From: an uncultured Polynucleobacter sp.
GTDB taxonomy: Bacteria; Bdellovibrionota_B; Oligoflexia; Oligoflexales; RGVZ01
NCBI GenBank assembly: GCA_964624705.1
Contig: CAZUYQ010000003.1
Location: forward strand, 50,163 to 92,573
Length of the DNA: 42,411 nucleotides
Reading direction: 5' to 3'
Part shown: positions 34,868-42,411 of the stretch, piece after piece
Position numbering within the stretch: position 1 is the first letter of the stretch
How the letters are laid out: every line of letters starts with the position of its first letter
Made by a program: the position numbers and the translations under genes
Notes under the pieces: model-generated
Database searches by the model: none
What the model saw: the letters and a program-made list of their open reading frames with translations, nothing else
What the model was told of the DNA's origin: nothing

Positions 34868-35158
34868 ATGCTGTTCAAATTATGGAAAAAGAACAAAAGC
34901 AAAAATAAACTTATAGCAATGCTTCTTGCATATGCAAACACCCTCGCCTTTGGCCAAAAAACTGAGCCGACAAATCGCGACTGCGCTTCAAAAAATATTT
35001 CCGACCCCAGCTGCGATAAACCGACGAAACCTCAGAGTCCACCTACTAAGAAAAAACCTGCACCGCCGAGAAAAAAAGCTCCCGCACCGCCGAAAGCTCC
35101 CAAAATTCCTAAGCCCGCCGACGATAACTTACCTGACCGGAAAGCTGACCGCTTCTAA
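34868..35158 (+). CDS. Hypothetical small secreted Pro/Lys-rich protein
   Basis: 96-aa ORF with the signal-like segment KLIAMLLAYANTLAFG, followed by KPTKPQSPPTKKKPAPPRKKAPAPPKAPKIPKP. A same-strand alternative-frame ORF (34926..35168) competes with it. Confidence 0.4.
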   Translation: MLFKLWKKNKSKNKLIAMLLAYANTLAFGQKTEPTNRDCASKNISDPSCDKPTKPQSPPTKKKPAPPRKKAPAPPKAPKIPKPADDNLPDRKADRF

Positions 35159-35164
35159 GGCACC

Positions 35165-36922
35165 TTAGAGTCCCATCCCAGCATTTATCATCAAACTATT
35201 TGGCGCCTCATACTTTCTGAAACTGCGTTCCGAACTAGTCCGGCGCCAATCATAGCTGACACTCACACGATCATGGTCACGTTGCCAGCCCAGCTCTAAA
35301 GACAACTCCGTCAGCGAATAATTTTCAATGTCTCCGCTTGATAGTAACGCCTGCCAAGCGACGAGTTTACCGGTAGCTTTTGTATAGAGCAGCAGACGCT
35401 TATCAACGTCAATTCTTGCCATGATCCCCGGCCCAAAACCCACGCGTTCATCATCGTGATAATAATACGGGGAAAACGTCTGATAACGCTCCCACTGAAT
35501 TGGCACGAAGAAATCTAAACATCTCTGCAAAGCACAATCACCAGAAAATCCCCATCGCATTAAACCATCATGTCTTTCATGAGGAATACTTCCTGCTTCT
35601 GCTTCGATCGTCCCTCGCCACGATAAGAGCTGTCTCCAGCTTATCTGTGCCTCTATGGCATCGCGTGCAATCCGCATATCCTGCTTGACCATAGGAATAT
35701 CAAGTGCCAAAGGTCGCCTTGAGATGGTAGCGCCTAACTGAATATCTGACGGAACCAAGGCAGAAAAATAAACTCGACCTGTTGCCAAACCGCCAACTGG
35801 GGAGGCAAACCAGCCAAGGGCTGCTCCCGCTAAGATCGACTCATGAAGTGCCCATTGTTTATGAAGCGCAAACCCAGCACTATCAACGCTCGATTGATTT
35901 AACGCAGTAAATTGAGTTCTCAAACCATAAAGTTCAGGATTGATTGACATCCCCTCCGTACGCACATTCATCTGTGCCATCGAAAAAAACTCAGGTACTT
36001 GATCACTCTCCAGCAATCCAAAAACCCTTCCCTTTTCTGGTTTATCTTCTAATTTTACCTCAGCATTTACCTTGCTTTCTAAAGGCGCCAAGGTAGGCAA
36101 TGGCGCAATGCTCGCCATAGGTTCTGCAGGAACCACGGTTGTGAGAGCGGCCGCTACTTCAGGTTTTGGTGCTAAAAGAGGCCAGATTTTATAAACAAGG
36201 TGAATACCCCTATCCATTGTTTCCAAGAAATATTTCGAGGTATGAGATTTTTTTGCCTCAAGAAATTTGTTTAGGGCAAGAGCGCCATCGCCAGCCCAAA
36301 TATTCAGATAAAGATATTCTATCTCTGCAACCTCATCGCTGGGGCGAGCAGCGAGATAGGTGTAATATTCTCGGCGAGCGGCATCTATTTCACCCGCCCG
36401 CGCCAAAGCACGCCCTAGTGTTAAGCGATTACGGGGGTCTCCCATATAAGCCGCATCAAAATTGGATAGTTTATCTCGCAAGAGTTGTGGCGAACCAGCG
36501 CGTGCAAGCTGCAATGCACGCTCAACGGGTTTGACCTTGCGACTTGGAGGTTTTATCCACAAACGATCAATCGTTCGCGCACGGTCAGTCTCGCCACTGA
36601 TTGCATAAAGAAAACTAGTCCATTGAAGAGCCTCATAGGATTCATTTTTGCACTTGGTCGCAATACGTTCTCCTTCTGATGTGGCAGTCCGATCAAAATT
36701 TTGAATGCGAACGATGAGACCGTCCAATGCAATAGGTCCACAGCTTGCTTCCGAGCGCGGCGTTACCGGTTTTAATTTTTTCTTCTTAGCGATCGATTGA
36801 GGAGCCGAAGCAGCCAGATCTGTCAAAAATAGACCAGAAAACCATATCAGTGCCCTACATAAGAGCAGTAAATAAGGTCTTTGTCTTCCGCAGTGGAGAT
36901 TGTAGTTTGAGTTCCACACCAA
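35165..36922 (-). CDS. Hypothetical outer-membrane protein: N-terminal TPR-like helical region plus C-terminal beta-barrel-like region
   Basis: 585-aa ORF with signal-like segment RPYLLLLCRALIWFSGLFLTDLAASA. Helical repeats appear around RALARAGEIDAARREYYTYLAARP. The C-terminal 250 aa have alternating-hydrophobic strands. No family assigned. Confidence 0.55.
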   Translation of the reverse strand: MVWNSNYNLHCGRQRPYLLLLCRALIWFSGLFLTDLAASAPQSIAKKKKLKPVTPRSEASCGPIALDGLIVRIQNFDRTATSEGERIATKCKNESYEALQWTSFLYAISGETDRARTIDRLWIKPPSRKVKPVERALQLARAGSPQLLRDKLSNFDAAYMGDPRNRLTLGRALARAGEIDAARREYYTYLAARPSDEVAEIEYLYLNIWAGDGALALNKFLEAKKSHTSKYFLETMDRGIHLVYKIWPLLAPKPEVAAALTTVVPAEPMASIAPLPTLAPLESKVNAEVKLEDKPEKGRVFGLLESDQVPEFFSMAQMNVRTEGMSINPELYGLRTQFTALNQSSVDSAGFALHKQWALHESILAGAALGWFASPVGGLATGRVYFSALVPSDIQLGATISRRPLALDIPMVKQDMRIARDAIEAQISWRQLLSWRGTIEAEAGSIPHERHDGLMRWGFSGDCALQRCLDFFVPIQWERYQTFSPYYYHDDERVGFGPGIMARIDVDKRLLLYTKATGKLVAWQALLSSGDIENYSLTELSLELGWQRDHDRVSVSYDWRRTSSERSFRKYEAPNSLMINAGMGL

Positions 36923-37075
36923 AAAAGTCCTAATTTATTGAATTGTCTTAATATGTTACCATCCGACCCGCCTGCCGTCCAGATCAGCTTGCCAAGCGGG
37001 CCAGTTTCTGCGAAAACCGGTTGTTCCAAATCTTGCTTATCATTTTTTCTCTTTCTAGCGAAAGCCTGTCAAATC

Positions 37076-37612
37076 ATGTCCCACGATCTTCAAAAATTAA
37101 AAAGTCTTGTCCGCACTATTCCTAATTTTCCCAAGCAAGGAATTATGTTCCGCGATGTCACAACACTCATTCTTGATCCTTGGGGCCTTAAAAGCACGCT
37201 TGATTTATTGACTGAGCAAGCAGCATCGCTCAAACCGCAGAAAATCGTCGCGATTGAATCGCGTGGGTTCGTTTTTGGTACTGCCATCGCTGAAAGACTG
37301 GGTTGTGGTCTCGTTCTGGCAAGAAAAAAAGGTAAGCTACCTGGCGACACCGTCGAAATTGTTTACGATCTTGAATATGGCCAAGACTGCATTCAAATCC
37401 ATAAGGATGCTATTTTAGCCGGCGAAAAATGCCTTGTGATCGATGATCTACTCGCTACTGGTGGAACAGCAAATGCCGCGGCCATTCTGATCGAAAATAT
37501 GGGCGGTGAAGTGGTCGGTTGTAACTTCGTCATCAATTTACCGGAATTAAACGGAACCCAGCGCCTTGAACGTTACAAGCCACGCTGGATTATGGAATTC
37601 GAAGGTCACTAG
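37076..37612 (+). CDS. apt: Adenine phosphoribosyltransferase
   Basis: From the ATG at 37076: MSHDLQKLKSLVRTIPNFPKQGIMFRDVTTL is the canonical Apt N-terminus. The PRPP-binding motif is CLVIDDLLATGGTA. 178 aa. The track ORF starts upstream at 36938. Confidence 0.9.
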   Translation: MSHDLQKLKSLVRTIPNFPKQGIMFRDVTTLILDPWGLKSTLDLLTEQAASLKPQKIVAIESRGFVFGTAIAERLGCGLVLARKKGKLPGDTVEIVYDLEYGQDCIQIHKDAILAGEKCLVIDDLLATGGTANAAAILIENMGGEVVGCNFVINLPELNGTQRLERYKPRWIMEFEGH

Positions 37613-37636
37613 AATTTCGTTTTAAACCAAAAACCT

Positions 37637-40600
37637 CTACCAAAGATCCCCTTCGTTTTCGGGGCCTGTTGGTTCTGCAGGTTTCTGAGGTGCCCCAGCC
37701 GCCGGAGTCTCAATTTTTGGTGAAGCAGATTTTGCCGGCGCAGCACTGTTCATCAATGCAGGAGTAACCACAGCCGTGGTTGGGCTCGGAAGCGCTGCCC
37801 CGTTCGTAGCGGGCGGCGCAACTTGGCCCGATGCATCGCTCGGCAGCACAGTTGGCTGCTTGCTAGGATCGTCACCTTTGATAATGCGACCATCATCATC
37901 TAAAACTTCGTCATGGGTATCTGCTTTTATATCTGCAGGTTTTGCACCTGGCAGTAGCTGCGTATTCGCATTACCCTCGGCATCAGGCAACGCAGCAGGT
38001 TGTGTAGCTCCCGCTTCGACTTGAATCGGCGCCATCACCTGCGAATCTTTAAGCTCTGCTTTAAAGTTAAACGGACTAAACAATCGCCCTAGCCCACCCT
38101 TACCATCACCGGTGGTGTGCACCAATGCACGAACGGTATTACCAACGGCAAATTCATTGACAGATGACTCACCAGTTTTTTCGATATTTGTTGTCGCAAA
38201 GACTTCCGAATCGACTTCCGTACTACCAAAGATCACGCCGCGGGCAATATCAGCTGAAACAGCGACCGAAATCTTCTCGTCGTATTTCATCGGCCATTCA
38301 CCGCGTTTTACGACGTTAATATCAAGCTCATCGACATAATCTTTATATTTCAAGAGATCGATCATACCTTTCGCATAACCAATCCAAGTTGGCAGTGCAC
38401 CGAGGCCCCCTGTCACTTTAATTGCTCCTCGTCGCATCATTTTATTTAAATCGTAACCGACGTAACTAGCAATTGTGTAAAAATGGTGAAAATCAAGCGG
38501 CGCGCCTTTTTCGGTAGGAACCGGAAAAAACCCTGCAAAATATGCATTGGTATAATCGTTCGTGGTTCCCGTTTTACCGAAAGCCTGGACACGTATCCTT
38601 TGCTTTTCCAGTTCTTTCATTTTCACCGGATCATTTTTAGCAGCCGCTTCATCTCCCATCTGAACATATAACTCACCGCGAGCCGTTCTACCGGTACCAT
38701 GTGTAACAACGCGTTTCAGAATCTCGTGCATCTGCACTGAGTATTCAGGGATCGCGACAACAGCCTCTTTACGCTTTGGTTCGAAAACAACCGAGCCGTG
38801 GCGATCTTCCACTCTGCGAATAAAGTTTACCTGATTTGCCGGACCTTTTTCATAGAACCTGTAGATCTTACCTTCGACAAAGGTTTGGTAGATTTTCGCA
38901 ACTTCCGCAGCCGTGACATCGTTGGTACCTAGAGGAAATGACTGGACCGCCTCAATCTTACTGGTGACACCCATCGCTTCAACCATTTGAACTAAATACT
39001 TTAAACCAAGAGCAATACGGAAGTCATGATGCTCAAAATAGCGATTGATATCGTAGGGAACAGCTGATCCCATGACTGTTTGATAGCGATTTTCAATTTC
39101 TTTTTCCAGCTGATTAAAAACAGCAAGCGGCAGTGTACCGTTCAGTCTTAGGTCGCCCTTATGAACAACCTCATCCCCCCACACCGCTTGAACATCCAAA
39201 GCGTTCATAGCGCGGCCCTGGACGGTCGCTAGTCGCTCGATATATTCATAACGTTCACTACCGTTCGAGGGCGTCTCGCCGTCTAAGGTTGCGATATAGC
39301 CCAAGGCTGGCTTATTACCAGGGGTTGGCAATACTTTGAATTTCGACCAAACTCCCGCGAGCGAAGGATCTCGAAGAGCGCCTTCCGCACCTTTTTCCTG
39401 AACTTTTGCCGCGACCGAATCCCATTCCATAGTTGCGCTGCCAGAAAGATTCTTCATCCGCATAAAATTATTTTTTACTAGATTCACACGTAGTGCATTC
39501 TCAAGCGGCGGCATATCCGCGCCTTTGCGCGAGTGGAGCTGCTGCAACTCGCCTTGGTAACCCTTGCCCCACCACATCTTTTCAAGAGCGCGAATCGCTT
39601 CGCTTTGACCTCTGAAAACAAGATCGGGAACCATATCGTTAACCGCACGCTCTAATTGATATTCTTTAACACCATCGTTATCAAGCTGAACACCTGTCGT
39701 CTTAGCAACACGAAAGTGGAAATCAGGTGCACTCTCTGCTGGGCGCGGCAGAAGATCCATCGAACCCATCAGTGATTTAAACTGCTCCTGATTTAATTTA
39801 TCTAGAAGTCGATTTGCCAGAGATACGGATGCTAAGTTCTCCGACATAGTCCCAGACCAGACAATAGACGTATTACGGTAGGGGCTAATATGATCGGGGC
39901 GCGGGAAGTAAAATCGGCCTTGATACGGAAAAACCTGCCGTTCGTTATCGAGGATATCGAGAATATTCCAGCCTAATTGCAATGCTGCATAATAGACAAC
40001 CGACTTAAATACCGAACCTGGTTGACGACGAGCAAAGATCGCACGGTTAAAGCCGATGGTATCAAATCCGGAGACCGCAACTCGCACTTCGCCTTTATCG
40101 AGCGACACCAGGCCGCCGTTAATTTTTGGATTTTTCTGCATCTCAAGTACAGCTTCATGCTTTTCTTTGTCATATTCTTTTACCTCGACGAAAACAATAT
40201 CGCCCTTGCGAATCGTATGAAGTAATTTTTTGAGCTGATTTTCCCAGCCTTCCATAAATGGTAAATCAAGAAGTTTGGAATAACGAACGAGTGCCTCATA
40301 TGGGATTTTTCCGGTGCTTAAACCGAAGCTCACTTCGATTTCAGCATTCTTCTCGTTGCCGTGAATCGCATCGACTTTCCCATAGTAAAATTGATTGACT
40401 TCGAGATCACGGAGTCTCCGGAAATTCTCTGGCTTCTCTGGCTGAAATCCACCAAGGATGGTTTCCAAACGAGAGAGATTGCGGCGCATTGCAAGTTGCG
40501 CGCGTTCTTGTTGTTTGCAGTCGATGGTCGTGTAAATCTTTAGGCCAGCATTATTAAGTTCTTCGACGTCTTCCACTTGAATCGCGTCTAAAACTTCCCG

Positions 40601-41524
40601 CTGGCTCACCTGATTTCTAATCAAGCTGACAAGCGCCACTTCACTCGAGCGGAATGACCCACGATTAAACGGGACTGGCCGTTCAAAGGCTTCGCGAAAC
40701 TCTGCCTCCTTCAGCCAACCTTGCTCATACATCCGACGTAAAACATAGTTTTTGCGATCGAATGCATTGTGGACAGCGATATCGCGACGTTCTTTTGTAT
40801 ACTTTAGAAACGGATCATACTTCGAAGGGCCTTTTACCGACCCCGCAATAAATGCTGATTCGACGACATCGAGATCCTTAGCTTCTTTATTAAAATAGTA
40901 TTTTGCTGCAATACCGACACCTGCCCCGTTTCCAGACACATGGAACTGGTTCAGATAGAATTCAAGAATTTGTTCTTTCGAGTAAAGCCGTTCCAACTGC
41001 AGGGCAGCAATCGCTTCGTTAATTTTTCGCTTTAAAGAGTACTCCCATTTATCCATGATATTTTTCACGGTTTGCTGAGTCAGCGTTGATCCACCACGGA
41101 ATTTTCCGGTCTTAAAGCCTTCCATAACGGCTTTAAAAATAGCTTGAGGGTCGACACCACCATGCTGAAAGAAATTTTTGTCTTCAGCTGCAACAAGCGC
41201 GTTGATCATGTGTTTTGGCACCTGATCAATCGTTGTATACTGGCGATGTTCACTATTAAAGAAACTACCGATCGGTGTTTGCTCATCGAGGCAATATATG
41301 GTCGTTTCCTCATTAATTCGCGCTAGAATAGTCGTTTTCTTTAAATGACTATCATCGCCAAACCAAACGTTTGAGAGAATGACACTGGTCAACCCCAGCA
41401 GCCCACCAACGCTACCGAACGTGACTAAAAGACCACTCCAGGCAACACCATTCGCAACATTATTTTTGAAAAAACGCATATCTTCGACCGCCCTTCCATG
41501 ATGGTCAAACCTCAGCACCGACAC
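37637..41524 (-). CDS. mrcA: Class A penicillin-binding protein (PBP1A-like bifunctional transglycosylase/transpeptidase), unusually large
   Basis: TM anchor present. GT51 motifs: EDKNFFQHGGVD, GGSTLTQQ, RKINEAIAALQLE. An OB-like insert precedes RQPGSVFK (SxxK; S504 and K507). Then come SEN (561-563) and KTGTT (984-988). The C-terminal tail is Pro/Ala-rich. GTG start at 41524; the ATG at 41479 is an alternative. Confidence 0.85.
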   Translation of the reverse strand: MSVLRFDHHGRAVEDMRFFKNNVANGVAWSGLLVTFGSVGGLLGLTSVILSNVWFGDDSHLKKTTILARINEETTIYCLDEQTPIGSFFNSEHRQYTTIDQVPKHMINALVAAEDKNFFQHGGVDPQAIFKAVMEGFKTGKFRGGSTLTQQTVKNIMDKWEYSLKRKINEAIAALQLERLYSKEQILEFYLNQFHVSGNGAGVGIAAKYYFNKEAKDLDVVESAFIAGSVKGPSKYDPFLKYTKERRDIAVHNAFDRKNYVLRRMYEQGWLKEAEFREAFERPVPFNRGSFRSSEVALVSLIRNQVSQREVLDAIQVEDVEELNNAGLKIYTTIDCKQQERAQLAMRRNLSRLETILGGFQPEKPENFRRLRDLEVNQFYYGKVDAIHGNEKNAEIEVSFGLSTGKIPYEALVRYSKLLDLPFMEGWENQLKKLLHTIRKGDIVFVEVKEYDKEKHEAVLEMQKNPKINGGLVSLDKGEVRVAVSGFDTIGFNRAIFARRQPGSVFKSVVYYAALQLGWNILDILDNERQVFPYQGRFYFPRPDHISPYRNTSIVWSGTMSENLASVSLANRLLDKLNQEQFKSLMGSMDLLPRPAESAPDFHFRVAKTTGVQLDNDGVKEYQLERAVNDMVPDLVFRGQSEAIRALEKMWWGKGYQGELQQLHSRKGADMPPLENALRVNLVKNNFMRMKNLSGSATMEWDSVAAKVQEKGAEGALRDPSLAGVWSKFKVLPTPGNKPALGYIATLDGETPSNGSERYEYIERLATVQGRAMNALDVQAVWGDEVVHKGDLRLNGTLPLAVFNQLEKEIENRYQTVMGSAVPYDINRYFEHHDFRIALGLKYLVQMVEAMGVTSKIEAVQSFPLGTNDVTAAEVAKIYQTFVEGKIYRFYEKGPANQVNFIRRVEDRHGSVVFEPKRKEAVVAIPEYSVQMHEILKRVVTHGTGRTARGELYVQMGDEAAAKNDPVKMKELEKQRIRVQAFGKTGTTNDYTNAYFAGFFPVPTEKGAPLDFHHFYTIASYVGYDLNKMMRRGAIKVTGGLGALPTWIGYAKGMIDLLKYKDYVDELDINVVKRGEWPMKYDEKISVAVSADIARGVIFGSTEVDSEVFATTNIEKTGESSVNEFAVGNTVRALVHTTGDGKGGLGRLFSPFNFKAELKDSQVMAPIQVEAGATQPAALPDAEGNANTQLLPGAKPADIKADTHDEVLDDDGRIIKGDDPSKQPTVLPSDASGQVAPPATNGAALPSPTTAVVTPALMNSAAPAKSASPKIETPAAGAPQKPAEPTGPENEGDLW

Positions 41525-41687
41525 ATTCTATGTGCATTCATAATACCATAAACCAGACTGACCCAGCTAAATTCGGCTAACAAAATCAACTCTTTGCCAA
41601 AACCGTCCGCGGATCATATGACCAATCAGCGATCCTGGCCCGGTAGGAGCTTTACCTTGATCCACCGGGCTGATATAGAAGGGGTCT

Positions 41688-42371
41688 ATGCTATTTCCAA
41701 ATTTAACTAATTCTGCAGGTGATGACCTCGACCAAGTCCAATTAACGGGCATGTTGATGAGCTGCGTGATTGGGATTTTTCCCAACGAACGCAATCGTAA
41801 ACAACCTGTCTCGATTGATCTTTGTTTGTATCTCAACACGCGCAAGGCTGCCGCGACCACCAATATCCATGACACCATAGACTACGCAGCCGCAGTAAAA
41901 GAAATCTCTTTTATCCTTGAACAGTGCGAGTTTCAGCTGATCGAGAGCGCCGTTGATACAGTTTGTCGATACTTTCTTATGACCTATAGTTCTGAAAATG
42001 CACTGCCCCAGGTCGATGCGGTCGTTGTCCGCATCAGTAAGCCATCTGCCCTGACCCACGGCATTGTGCCCGCCATTCAAATCCAACGCCACCGTGACGA
42101 AATACAGAACAGCTCCGCAACTGCAGTTATCAGGTCAATTCACGACTCGCCATCCACAAAACTTATGCTGCATAAGCTCATGCCCGGCAAAGAGCTTACC
42201 TTATCCAAGCAGCCAGGCCACTACCGCGCCCTACTAACCATTGGTCGCATACACCATCAGGGAGAAGCGGTAAAACCACGTACAACTTTTGTTGCAGAAG
42301 CTCTTGCGGACAAACAGTTAATCATGACCAATGAGACCTCCACCGATCAGCTGACCCTTGTTCTGGTTTAA
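41688..42371 (+). CDS. folB: Dihydroneopterin aldolase (FolB) domain protein with a ~100-aa C-terminal extension
   Basis: VQLTGMLMSCVIGIFPNERNRKQPVSIDLCLYL...TIDYAAAVKEISFILEQCEFQLIESAVDTVCRYFL follows the FolB pattern (IG-x-x-x-x-ER-x-x-x-Q, TIDY, LIE). GAAGGGG lies upstream of the ATG. Confidence 0.7.
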   Translation: MLFPNLTNSAGDDLDQVQLTGMLMSCVIGIFPNERNRKQPVSIDLCLYLNTRKAAATTNIHDTIDYAAAVKEISFILEQCEFQLIESAVDTVCRYFLMTYSSENALPQVDAVVVRISKPSALTHGIVPAIQIQRHRDEIQNSSATAVIRSIHDSPSTKLMLHKLMPGKELTLSKQPGHYRALLTIGRIHHQGEAVKPRTTFVAEALADKQLIMTNETSTDQLTLVLV

Positions 42372-42411
42372 AATCTAATTATTTATAGCGTTCCTACCGG
42401 CAAAGACTGCC

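Noticed and set aside
34926-35168. 80-aa alternative-frame ORF overlapping the Pro/Lys-rich small ORF.
   Set aside because: It lacks a signal peptide and is an Arg/Lys-rich frame-shifted reading of the same repetitive DNA. The choice between the two frames is still not certain.
36938-37075. Upstream extension of the apt ORF (46 extra codons).
   Set aside because: Apt homologues begin at the MSHDL...IPNFPKQGI region. The extension is unconserved-looking and Cys/Ser/Phe-rich.
41567-41878. 103-aa minus-strand ORF between the PBP gene and the FolB gene.
   Set aside because: Its 5' two-thirds overlap the FolB-domain gene, whose frame shows the family motifs. It has no SD and no recognisable domain. 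Part of it might be real, but I cannot support that.
1-42411. CRISPR arrays, IS elements/transposases, integrases, prophage genes, rRNA and classic defence-system gene sets.
   Set aside because: I saw no regularly spaced repeats. No ORF has DDE/tyrosine/serine recombinase, Cas, restriction-modification or similar signatures. The helicases present (HrpB, HelD-like) lack nuclease or partner genes suggestive of a defence operon.

Overview
This is a 42.4-kb, tightly packed chromosomal segment from a diderm (Gram-negative-type) bacterium. I call about 38 protein genes and one tRNA. Many genes are separated by 1-20 nt or overlap, and GTG/TTG starts are frequent. Sampled lines suggest a backbone of roughly 48-55% GC. 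I cannot assign a taxon; a Cys-Gly/hydrophobic/Arg-rich C-terminal tail and many lipoproteins only hint at a delta-proteobacterial or Bdellovibrionota-like lineage.

Recognisable housekeeping blocks:
- MoxR ATPase with a DUF58 fragment at the left edge, then HrpB helicase.
- A REC-PilZ regulator translationally coupled to a Cys/Met PLP enzyme.
- An HD-GYP phosphodiesterase surrounded by small beta-barrel-like proteins and a matrixin protease.
- A HelD/UvrD-like helicase.
- A complete phoR-phoB / pstSCAB locus with no phoU in it, followed by a REC-CheX-like regulator.
- A degenerate alpha-carbonic anhydrase, an EamA transporter, and a DCC-like protein.
- rimK with an AstE/AspA-family gene, MscS, apt, a 1295-aa class A PBP, and a FolB fusion.

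tRNA-Leu(UAA) at 21727-21809 is followed by a lower-GC accessory block (about 21.8-28.2 kb). It encodes two lipoproteins (a metzincin-like protease and an R-S-E ADP-ribosyltransferase-like toxin), a GT2, an orphan secreted protein and a methyltransferase. A translationally coupled GH144-like/GH35-like pair follows.

I recognised no rRNA, CRISPR array, IS/transposase, integrase or phage genes. The most unusual items are the lipoprotein ART toxin candidate, the carbonic anhydrase with an in-frame stop and substituted zinc ligands, the GH144/GH35 pair, and the large insertion in the PBP transpeptidase domain. I found no clear multi-gene defence system. All homology statements rest on motif recognition by eye, not on searches.
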